In this document: positions 55,922 through 63,350 of the stretch, one piece after another
Layout of the letters: each line of letters opens with the position of its first letter
How positions within the stretch are numbered: position 1 is the stretch's first letter
Origin: an uncultured Dehalococcoidales bacterium
Lineage (GTDB): Bacteria; Chloroflexota; Dehalococcoidia; Dehalococcoidales; BS750m-G39
Assembly (NCBI GenBank): GCA_964505425.1
Contig: CAZDHX010000001.1
Coordinates: 55,452-118,801, forward strand
DNA length: 63,350 nucleotides
Direction of reading: 5' to 3'
The notes under the pieces: model-generated
The model's input: the letters and a program-made list of their open reading frames with translations, nothing else
Database searches by the model: none
Told to the model about the DNA's origin: nothing
Position numbers and translations under genes: made by a program

Positions 55922-56527
55922 TTACTCTCTTTTCATTAAGAGCGCTATACTTTTGGCTGTGAAATTCTCGGGTGGCGGAAACGGGAAAGCAGCTTCATTT
56001 TTCCGACTTAGCACTTGTGCCGGCGTCTTTGCATGGCGCGCCACTCTCAGCAGTATTCGAGATTTTTTAGTGTACTCATTGGTTGCTACAGTGATGTCAA
56101 TGGTGAATGTTTGAGTTGTGTGTGGGTCTAAACTATAGATGACGAAAAAGATACATTTGTTACCTATGCTGTCAACCCCGTCCATTCTAATAAAATCATA
56201 GCTTATAGATATGTTTGATATTTTTGCCGATAAGTTTGCTGATGAGAATGGTTTCCCATCTTTAGGATTAATTTTGATATCACCGGTTCTTAAATCACAG
56301 TTCTCCCCGTAGAGTTTTACCCAGATATCAAACAGTACTTCTTCAGTCCTATTTTGAACATGAAAAGTAGTCTTTATATTCCATGGTTGCGCTTTCAGAC
56401 TAATCCGCTTAGGAGAGATTATTACAGGGGCTCGAAATTTCTTACAGACGAAAGGAATAGCTACAACAAGTATTGTAACTATTATACCGACTACACCAAT
56501 TATTATGCCAATAGTAAGGGCAGTCAA
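55922..56527 (-). CDS. AT-rich hypothetical protein with an N-terminal TM anchor and a beta-rich soluble domain
   Basis: TTG after AAGGAG; TGgTAGAAT promoter; GIIIGVVGIIVTILVVAIPF helix. Confidence 0.7.
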   Translation of the reverse strand: MTALTIGIIIGVVGIIVTILVVAIPFVCKKFRAPVIISPKRISLKAQPWNIKTTFHVQNRTEEVLFDIWVKLYGENCDLRTGDIKINPKDGKPFSSANLSAKISNISISYDFIRMDGVDSIGNKCIFFVIYSLDPHTTQTFTIDITVATNEYTKKSRILLRVARHAKTPAQVLSRKNEAAFPFPPPENFTAKSIALLMKRE

Positions 56528-56586
56528 AATCCGATACTCCTTATTCTTTCTATACTTATTCTACCACCAGTTTACTTATTAAGTAA

Positions 56587-56669
56587 GGGTATTTAAGAGG
56601 GGCTTTAGCCCCTCTTTTTAATTTTCTCCCCCTCTCCTTTGAAGGAGAGGGGGATTAAGGGGGAGAGGT
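56587..56669 (-). repeat. REP/BIME-like two-hairpin element, full copy
   Basis: Reverse complement ACCTCTCCCCCTTAAT-CCCCCTCTCCTTC-A-AAGGAGAGGGGG, spacer, AAGAGGGGC-TAAA-GCCCCTCTT-AAATACCC. Confidence 0.9.
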
Positions 56670-56715
56670 AGCTATTTCCCTTTGGGCGGGATTTTTAGTA
56701 GAATTAAAGCCGATT

Positions 56716-57606
56716 ATGGCTGAAGTTGAGCCGGTTACTGACGAAATCTACCGCTTGGGAGTGCAAATTCCCGGGGCAAACGCCGTCTTTGCCGTTTACT
56801 TTATCAAGGACGGCGACGGCGCCATCATAGAGCCGGGTCCGGCGGTGGTTGTCCCCGAAATCCAGGGGGCGGTGGTGGAGCTGGGGCTGTCCGAGCCGAC
56901 ATATATCATCCCCACCCATATCCATCTTGACCACGCCGGTGGGGTGGGGAGGCTGGCGGAGGTCTTCCCCGAAACAAAAATCGTGGTCAATCAGCGGGGG
57001 GTGAAGCATGTAATTGAGCCGTCGCGGCTGATTGAGAGCACCCGCATGGCTTTTGGCGATGACTTTGAGACCATCTACGGCCCCATTCTGCCCGTGCCCG
57101 AGTCGCGGCTCAAGGTGGTGGCGGATGGGGAGCAGCTGGCGGTGGGGGGGCGGGAGCTGGTCGTCATCTACACCCCCGGTCATGCCCCGCACCACATATC
57201 CGTCTTTGATACCAAAACGAGGGGGCTGTTTTGCGGGGAGGCGCTCGGTCTTATCTATAGCCCGGGCTATCCGCCGCTGCCGGCGGTAGCGCCGCCGAGC
57301 TTTGATATGGAGCTATACCTCAATGATATGGAACGGCTGAGGGCGCTGAAGCCCAAGCTTTTATTCTACTCTCACGGCAGTGTCGCCAGCGAGCCGGAGA
57401 AGCTGATTACCACTGCTATGGAGAACACCAGGCTGGTCGGCGATTTCATCCTGCGCGATTTGAAGGCGGGGGAGGGTGAGGAGGCAATAATCAGCCATGT
57501 CGGGGACTACCTCCGTGACCACCTCGGCGTTACTCTGGACGAGTATGAGCTGTGGAGCAACGTCAGCGGCTATATCCATTACTTCCGGAAAAAGGGTCTG
57601 GTATAG
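56716..57606 (+). CDS. Metallo-beta-lactamase-fold hydrolase (YtnP/YflN-like)
   Basis: THIHLDHAGG, TPGHAPHH, GEALG, YSHG. Confidence 0.9.
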   Translation: MAEVEPVTDEIYRLGVQIPGANAVFAVYFIKDGDGAIIEPGPAVVVPEIQGAVVELGLSEPTYIIPTHIHLDHAGGVGRLAEVFPETKIVVNQRGVKHVIEPSRLIESTRMAFGDDFETIYGPILPVPESRLKVVADGEQLAVGGRELVVIYTPGHAPHHISVFDTKTRGLFCGEALGLIYSPGYPPLPAVAPPSFDMELYLNDMERLRALKPKLLFYSHGSVASEPEKLITTAMENTRLVGDFILRDLKAGEGEEAIISHVGDYLRDHLGVTLDEYELWSNVSGYIHYFRKKGLV

Positions 57607-57691
57607 TTTTCCTCCCGCTCATTATGGTCAGTTCTTAAATATCCTTATAAAATCCCTTCTTTTTAGACGGAAATTCTAGTAGAATAATCTC

Positions 57692-60250
57692 GTGGCAAGT
57701 GAAGGCGTAACCCCCATCAGGCGGCAGTACCTCAGAATTAAGCGCCGCTATCCCGAGGCGATTGTCCTCTTTCGTCTCGGCGATTTCTACGAGACCTTTG
57801 ACGAGGATGCTCGTATTACCTCGCGGGAGTTGGAGATTGTCCTGACCTCAAGGGAGATGGGGAAGGGGCACCGCGTCCCGATGGCGGGCATCCCCTATCA
57901 TGCCCTTGATAACTACCTGGCAAAATTAATCAATCGCGGCTATAAGGTGGCTATCTGTGAGCAGCTCACCAGGCCCGGCGAGACCAAGGGCTTGGTCCAG
58001 CGCGAGGTCATCCGGCTGGTAACACCGGGCACGGTGGTTGAGCCGAGTCTGCTTGATAGCAAGAGCAACAACTATCTGGTCAGCGTAGTTCCGGGTGGGG
58101 AGGAGGTGGGCATCGCCTACGTTGACATCACCACCAGCGAGTTTGCCACCACCCAGCTTCCCTTTCACCGCGCCATTCCCGAGCTGGAGCGGCTCAAGCC
58201 ATCTGAAATTATTGCCGGCAAGGGCGCCGATTTATCAGCAGTCAAGCTAACTGCCCCGGTAACCCGCCTTGAAGACTACTGGTTTGAGCCTGAAATCGCT
58301 GAGAAGACTCTGCTTGACCACTTCGGCGTGGCTACCCTTGACGGCTATGGTTGTGCCCACTTGCCTCTGGCAACGCAAGCCGCCGGGGCTATCATTCACT
58401 ATATTCAGGAGACGCAGAAGGGGGTTCTGGGGCAGCTAGGACGTCTTTCTACTTACTCCACTGACCTGTTTATGGCGCTGGACGAACAGACCCAGAGAAA
58501 CCTTGAGCTTTTCTCTGGCAGCCGCTCGGGGAGTGTTGGCGGCTCGCTGCTGGGGGTGATTGACCTGACCCGGACGGCGATGGGGGGTAGATTACTGAAG
58601 CGGTGGCTTGGTCAGCCCCTGCTTGATATCGCCGAGCTGAACAAGAGACAGGACGCCATCGGCTGGTTTTATCACAATACCCTCGCCCGCGGTCAGACCG
58701 TATCACTGCTCGGGGAGGTGGCTGACCCGGAGCGCTTGATTAACCGCATAAAGGGTGGTATTGCCGCCCCCCGCGAGTTGACCAGTCTTCGCCGCAGCCT
58801 GGAGGTAATACCGAAGCTCAGGCAGGTGCTTGAGCCAGCAGACTGGCTCAAAGACGAGCTGAAGCCCTGCCCTGAGGTGGTGGATTTGATTTCCCGGGCA
58901 CTTGTTGAATCACCGGGAAGCCTGGAGGAGGGTGGGGTGGTGAGGCAGGGTTTCTCCGAGGAACTGGACAAGCTCCGTGAATCGTCCAAGAATGCCAAGC
59001 AGTACCTGGCTGACCTTGAGCGCCAGGAGAGGGAGAAAACCGGCATCAAGTCGCTGAAGGTGGGCTTTAACAAGGTCTTCGGCTACTATATTGAGGTCTC
59101 CAAGCCAAATCTGCCCCAGGTGCCCCAGGACTATATCCGGAAGCAGACGCTGGTCAACGGCGAGCGCTTCTTTACCCCGGAGCTGAAGGAGTATGAGTCG
59201 TTAATTCTAAACGCCGAGGGCAGGATTGCCGAGCTTGAGGGGCAAATATTCCGTCAGGTGTGTAGCCAGGTGGGGGCGGAAAGCGAGCGCATCTCGGCTT
59301 CAAGCCTCGCCTTAGCCAATATAGATGTCCTCTCCAGTCTGGCTGAGGTCGCCGTGCGCTATAACTATGTCCGACCCAAATTGACCACGGACAGCGAGAT
59401 AGTTATCTCTGACGGGCGCCACCCGGTGGTGGAGAGGAGCCTGCCTGAAGGCAGCTTTGTCCCCAACGATGTTTATCTCTCAAACGGTGACGCCCAGCTT
59501 ATCGTCCTTACCGGCCCCAACATGTCGGGCAAGTCAACCTACTTGAGGCAGGTAGCCTTGATTGTGCTCCTGGCTCAGGTAGGCAGCTTTGTCCCGGCGG
59601 AATCGGTAACTATGGGCATCGTTGACCGCATCTTCACCCGCATCGGCGCTCGTGAAGACCTCCCCGCCGGTCAGTCAACCTTTATGGTGGAGATGGTGGA
59701 GACGGCCAATATCCTGAATAACGCCACCCCCCGCTCACTGATTATTCTCGATGAAATCGGACGTGGAACCAGCACCTACGACGGACTTTCCATTGCCCGC
59801 GCCGTCGCTGAGTATATTCATAGTTATCCCCGGCTGGGCGCCAAGACCCTCTTTGCCACCCATTACCACGAATTAGTTGGGCTGGCCGCCTTTTTGTCCC
59901 GCGTCAAGAACTTTAATGTTGCCGTGAGCGAGGAGGGAGGGGAGGTTACCTTTTTATATAAGATTGTCCCCGGCGGCGTTGACAAGAGCTACGGCATTCA
60001 TGTCGCCAAGCTCGCCGGTCTGCCCAAGTCTGTGGTGCACCGCGCCCGCGAGGTTCTGGAGGAACTGGAGGGGGACAGCCGCACCGCCGCCCCCCAGAAA
60101 CGGCGAAAAGAGATAGCCCAGCAGTTGCCATTATTGGGGCAAAAATCGCCGCTTTTTGATGAACTTGAGAAGCTGGACATTGATTCTCTAACCCCGCTTG
60201 AAGCCATCACCAAGCTCTACGAGCTGCAGAAGAAGGCGAGGGAGGGGTGA
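57692..60250 (+). CDS. mutS: DNA mismatch repair protein MutS
   Basis: RLGDFYETF, MAGIP, GPNMSGKSTY, DRIFTRIG, STFMVEM, DEIGRGTST, FATHYHEL. Confidence 0.98.
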   Translation: MASEGVTPIRRQYLRIKRRYPEAIVLFRLGDFYETFDEDARITSRELEIVLTSREMGKGHRVPMAGIPYHALDNYLAKLINRGYKVAICEQLTRPGETKGLVQREVIRLVTPGTVVEPSLLDSKSNNYLVSVVPGGEEVGIAYVDITTSEFATTQLPFHRAIPELERLKPSEIIAGKGADLSAVKLTAPVTRLEDYWFEPEIAEKTLLDHFGVATLDGYGCAHLPLATQAAGAIIHYIQETQKGVLGQLGRLSTYSTDLFMALDEQTQRNLELFSGSRSGSVGGSLLGVIDLTRTAMGGRLLKRWLGQPLLDIAELNKRQDAIGWFYHNTLARGQTVSLLGEVADPERLINRIKGGIAAPRELTSLRRSLEVIPKLRQVLEPADWLKDELKPCPEVVDLISRALVESPGSLEEGGVVRQGFSEELDKLRESSKNAKQYLADLERQEREKTGIKSLKVGFNKVFGYYIEVSKPNLPQVPQDYIRKQTLVNGERFFTPELKEYESLILNAEGRIAELEGQIFRQVCSQVGAESERISASSLALANIDVLSSLAEVAVRYNYVRPKLTTDSEIVISDGRHPVVERSLPEGSFVPNDVYLSNGDAQLIVLTGPNMSGKSTYLRQVALIVLLAQVGSFVPAESVTMGIVDRIFTRIGAREDLPAGQSTFMVEMVETANILNNATPRSLIILDEIGRGTSTYDGLSIARAVAEYIHSYPRLGAKTLFATHYHELVGLAAFLSRVKNFNVAVSEEGGEVTFLYKIVPGGVDKSYGIHVAKLAGLPKSVVHRAREVLEELEGDSRTAAPQKRRKEIAQQLPLLGQKSPLFDELEKLDIDSLTPLEAITKLYELQKKAREG

Positions 60251-61053
60251 GGGTGAATAGCTCTAATAGCTCCATTAGCCCTATTCCATTGTCAAGATAC
60301 ATTGGTAAATGTATATACTGCGGGTCTACTGATGACTTAACCGATGAACACATTGTGCCACGTGGTCTTGGTGGTCCTTGGCTATTGCTTGAGGCAAGTT
60401 GTAAAAAATGTGCCAAGGTTACCTCGGGTTTTGAACGGGGTGTACTGAGAAAATTCTTTATTCTGGTGCGTACGAAGTTGGGCTTACCGACCTATCACCC
60501 TAAAAATAGGCCAAAAACCTTTCCCTTCCTTGTCACAATAGGCGGGAAAGAAAAGGTCTTGGAAGTTCCAGTGTCTGATTGTCCCACCTTGTTCATGATG
60601 CCGTTGCTTGGGAAACCGGGTTATATTCGTAAAGATACTCAGGTTAAGGGCATGGTGGTGTCAGGGATGAGTTTACACGGAAAAGAAAGCGAACTTCGAG
60701 AATTTAAGGCTAAATACAATATTGAGAGCATATCTTATACTAGAGAGCTACGCACAAGTTTTGCGCGTGTTCTTGCCAAAATCGCGTATGGAATGGCTGT
60801 AGCTAAATATGGCCTTGACATGATTGAAGAAGCCTATGTGCTTCCATGTATACTGGACCCCAAAAATGATGTTGGTCAATGGGTTGGGTGCGAGGCCCCC
60901 CATGAGTCCCCTGCCCTTCTTCAGCGAGAACAATACTTTCATAGGATAGATATCCTTATAAATAAGAGCGAAGTAGGGGCCCGAGTAAGGCTATTTGCTA
61001 ATTACCAGACACCTGAATATCTGGTTATTGTAGGCCGACTAAAGGGGCACTAA
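60247..61053 (+). CDS. HNH-type (HNH_5-like) endonuclease-domain protein
   Basis: CIYCG...LTDEHIVP.GLGG...SCKKC. GTG overlaps the mutS TGA. AT-richer than mutS. Confidence 0.75.
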   Translation: MRVNSSNSSISPIPLSRYIGKCIYCGSTDDLTDEHIVPRGLGGPWLLLEASCKKCAKVTSGFERGVLRKFFILVRTKLGLPTYHPKNRPKTFPFLVTIGGKEKVLEVPVSDCPTLFMMPLLGKPGYIRKDTQVKGMVVSGMSLHGKESELREFKAKYNIESISYTRELRTSFARVLAKIAYGMAVAKYGLDMIEEAYVLPCILDPKNDVGQWVGCEAPHESPALLQREQYFHRIDILINKSEVGARVRLFANYQTPEYLVIVGRLKGH

Positions 61054-61146
61054 CCCCTCCCCCCACACCCGTGTTTTCTTTTTCCAAACCCACCCGCCCT
61101 CAAAGCCTTCACGGTTTATTCCTTCGTTTTATCCCCACCCCCCACA

Positions 61147-61237
61147 GGGGTTAAAGGGGCGTAAGCCCCCTTAAAAAACAAATTCCCCCTCTCCTTCACC
61201 AATTCCCAAAGGAGAGGGGGATAAAGGGGGTGAGGTT
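61147..61237 (-). repeat. REP/BIME-like two-hairpin element, full copy with a longer loop
   Basis: Reverse complement AACCTCACCCCCTTTAT-CCCCCTCTCCTT-(12 nt)-AAGGAGAGGGGG, spacer, AAGGGGGC-TTAC-GCCCCTTT-AACCCC. Confidence 0.88.
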
Positions 61238-61286
61238 ACAAATAATCTCGTTGCTATACATAAGCTAGTGTGCTATATTTTGGGTA

Positions 61287-62486
61287 ATGAAAGCCGGGAT
61301 TGAGGCTATTCCTGAGGGCACGGTTACCTCGCCTGAGGGTTTTTTTGCCGGTGCTACCTCCGCCGGCATAAACAAAAAAGCCGAAGATAAGCCAGACCTC
61401 GGCGTTTTGTTTTCCGAGGCGCCATGTGTGGCTGCGGCTTTATTTACTACTAACCGGATTAAGGCAGCCCCGGTGGTCCTCTCTCAGCAGAAGCTAAAAA
61501 AGGGGAGGGCAGGGGCGGTGGTGGTGAATAGCGGTTGCGCCAACGCTTGCACGGGGGAGCGGGGCATTAAGGACGCGGCCGAGATGGCAGAGCTAACCGC
61601 CGAGGGCATTGGCATGTCGCCGGAGGACGTGCTGGTCGCCAGCACCGGCGTTATTGGCGTGCCCCTGCCGATGAAGCAGATAGCCCCTGCCATTGAGCAG
61701 GTTATCCTCTCCCGGGACGGCGGTCATGAGCTGGCAAGGGCGATAATGACCACCGATACCGTTGCCAAGGAAACGGCGGTCAGGGTCAGTGTGGGCAGTA
61801 GCCAGTTTACCGTTGGCGGGGTAGCCAAGGGGTCGGGGATGATTCACCCTGACCTGGCGACCTTGCTCTGCTTCCTGACTACCGATGCCGCCGTAGAGCT
61901 TGATTTTGCTAAGGCGGCTTTGAAAAAGGCGGTGGACGTCTCGTTTAACATGGTTTCTATTGACGGGGACACCAGCCCCAACGATATGGTATTGCTGCTG
62001 GCTAACGGTCGGGCGGGGGGCAGTACGCCGCCTGATGCCTTTGAGCAGGCTCTGGAAAAGGTCTGCCTTTATCTGGCGAAGCGCATTGCCGCTGATGGGG
62101 AGGGGGCGAGTAAGCTTATTGAGGTAACGGTCGGCGGTGCTCGCAGTCTGGCTGAGGCGAGACTGGCGGCAAGGACGATTGTAAGTTCGCCCCTGGTGAA
62201 GGCGGCGGTTCACGGCGCCGACCCCAACTGGGGGCGGATTATGGCGGCCCTGGGTCGGAGTGGGGTGGAGGTTGAAGAAGTCAAGACCGACCTTTATATT
62301 GGCGATATACGGGTGGTGAATGCAGGCGCGCCCTCACCCTTCGATGAGCGGGGGGTAATCAGGCTACTGGAGGCAAAAGAGGTGGCGATAAGCTTAAGTC
62401 TTAACCTCGGCTCAGCGAGCGCCACCGCCTGGGGTTGCGACCTGTCTGAGGAATATGTCACTATTAATAGTCAATATATGACATAA
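61287..62486 (+). CDS. argJ: Bifunctional ornithine acetyltransferase/N-acetylglutamate synthase
   Basis: [64 protein letters not shown]. Confidence 0.96.
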   Translation: MKAGIEAIPEGTVTSPEGFFAGATSAGINKKAEDKPDLGVLFSEAPCVAAALFTTNRIKAAPVVLSQQKLKKGRAGAVVVNSGCANACTGERGIKDAAEMAELTAEGIGMSPEDVLVASTGVIGVPLPMKQIAPAIEQVILSRDGGHELARAIMTTDTVAKETAVRVSVGSSQFTVGGVAKGSGMIHPDLATLLCFLTTDAAVELDFAKAALKKAVDVSFNMVSIDGDTSPNDMVLLLANGRAGGSTPPDAFEQALEKVCLYLAKRIAADGEGASKLIEVTVGGARSLAEARLAARTIVSSPLVKAAVHGADPNWGRIMAALGRSGVEVEEVKTDLYIGDIRVVNAGAPSPFDERGVIRLLEAKEVAISLSLNLGSASATAWGCDLSEEYVTINSQYMT

Positions 62487-62487
62487 A

Positions 62488-63264
62488 ATGAGCAAGGTTA
62501 TTGTTGTTAAAATCGGTGGGGCTACTTTGGGCAGTCAGGACACCACCATTGAGGACGTCGTCTCCCTCCAGGAGCAGGGTAAGTCGCTGGTTATCGTCCA
62601 CGGCGGTGGCAAGATAATAACCGACTGGCTGGAGAAGAGGGGGATTGCCACCAGGTTTGTCAACGGCGAGCGGGTAACCGATGAGCCGACCCTTGAGGTG
62701 GTGGTCTCGGCGCTGGCGGGGCTGGTCAATAAGGAGATTGTCGCCGATATAAATGCCCTGGGAGGAATGGCAATAGGTATTAGCGGCGTGGACGGAGGCT
62801 TGATTCAGGGCAAAATTAAGGACAGGGAACTGGGTTATGTTGGTGAGGTGGCTAAGGTAAATCCGGCGCCGCTTGAGGCGCTACTAAAGTCCGGCTATAT
62901 CCCGGTGGTGGCTCCGGTGAGCCTTTATGCCGGTAAGCCGGATAAACCAAAGGTGCTTAATATCAACGCCGATGCTGTCGCTGGGGAGGTTGCGGCGGCG
63001 ATTGGCGCTGAGAGGCTTGTCATCCTGACTGATGTCGTTGGCGTCTGCGACCAGTCGGGCAATTTGCTGCCCGATATATCCCCCGATGAAGCCGAGGCTC
63101 TACTGGCTTCGGGGGTGGCTTCAGGGGGGATGATTCCCAAGATTAAGGCGTGTCTGAGGGCGCTCTCCGGAACCCGAGTTACCCGCATCATAGACGGTAG
63201 GAAGCCACACGTCTTGCTCGACGAGATTGAGGGCAAAGGCGGCGGCACAACTATAAATAAGTAA
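62488..63264 (+). CDS. argB: Acetylglutamate kinase
   Basis: VKIGGA, VHGGGK.I, GERVT, NINADAVA, LTDV.GV, GGMIPKI, IIDGR. Confidence 0.96.
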   Translation: MSKVIVVKIGGATLGSQDTTIEDVVSLQEQGKSLVIVHGGGKIITDWLEKRGIATRFVNGERVTDEPTLEVVVSALAGLVNKEIVADINALGGMAIGISGVDGGLIQGKIKDRELGYVGEVAKVNPAPLEALLKSGYIPVVAPVSLYAGKPDKPKVLNINADAVAGEVAAAIGAERLVILTDVVGVCDQSGNLLPDISPDEAEALLASGVASGGMIPKIKACLRALSGTRVTRIIDGRKPHVLLDEIEGKGGGTTINK

Positions 63265-63273
63265 ATATATAAG

Positions 63274-63350
63274 GAGAGTTAAAGAGAGGCGAAGCCTCTC
63301 TTAAGAAAAACCTTCCCCCTTCCCCTTGGTAAGGGGAAGGGGGATAAAGG
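63274..63350 (-). repeat. REP/BIME-like two-hairpin element, variant copy cut by the window edge
   Basis: Reverse complement CCTTTAT-CCCCCTTCCCCTT-ACC-AAGGGGAAGGGGG, spacer, AAGAGAGGC-TTC-GCCTCTCTT-TAACTCTCC. Confidence 0.88.

Noticed and set aside
61055-61146. C-rich low-complexity stretch after the HNH gene as a G-quadruplex or ncRNA
   Set aside because: Several C-runs are present, but the spacing is irregular and there is no supporting structure or second copy; it may be decayed repeat sequence.
235-63264. Long antisense or alternate-frame ORFs in the track (e.g. 2373-3125, 14918-region shadows, 31836-32672, 38737-39345, 61593-62213)
   Set aside because: They fully overlap well-supported genes, carry no motifs, and are expected shadows of GC-rich codon usage.
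117-63350. Hairpin repeats as a CRISPR array or as MITEs with terminal inverted repeats
   Set aside because: Copies are dispersed, not tandem with unique spacers; there are no cas genes; I see no terminal inverted repeats or target-site duplications around whole elements.
1-63350. Selenocysteine or pyrrolysine recoding, or programmed frameshifts in the redox genes
   Set aside because: All recognised enzymes appear full-length within single ORFs; no in-frame TGA/TAG interrupts a conserved domain.

Overview
A 63 kb chromosomal window, mostly housekeeping genes, from a GC-rich (roughly mid-50s %, judged by eye) anaerobic bacterium. The gene set points to Chloroflexota/Dehalococcoidia (inference from the fused mannosyl-3-phosphoglycerate synthase-phosphatase, the fabD-fabG-nusB-acpP order, remA-gmk, nfnAB and several acyl-CoA dehydrogenases). 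Core content: ADP-forming acyl-CoA ligase, J-domain protein, pyk, degV, tRNA-Leu(TAG), ade, hpt, plsC, ispH, three ACADs, DUF177-rpmF-fabD-fabG-nusB-acpP, mfd, nth, a MacAB-type ABC exporter with an OmpR/histidine kinase pair, proB/proA, rph, mgsD, pncC, a radical SAM protein, two MBL hydrolases, comEA/comEC, an APC-USP-TrkA-TrkA cluster, DUF47-pit, gmk, remA, nfnAB, mutS, argJ and argB. Solo, usually AT-richer accessory genes sit between these: two HNH proteins, an RNase H-like/HTH protein, an AbiTii-like protein, small membrane proteins, and a RutB-like amidohydrolase next to a glutaminase-dead AsnB-like enzyme. No transposase, integrase or CRISPR array is visible. Most notable observations: (1) a two-hairpin REP/BIME-like intergenic repeat family (7 full or partial copies) with compensatory stem changes, five of them at accessory-gene junctions; (2) an in-frame pyruvate kinase lacking the whole B (lid) domain; (3) the AsnB-like/RutB-like pair; (4) a four-promoter TTAAG-N6-TTAAG regulon that includes an unannotated 30-aa membrane peptide; (5) a 37-bp duplicated promoter bracketing a one-gene cassette; (6) a structured nfnA leader; (7) a possible split KimA-like K+ system. 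All family assignments come from motif recognition by eye; no database searches were run.
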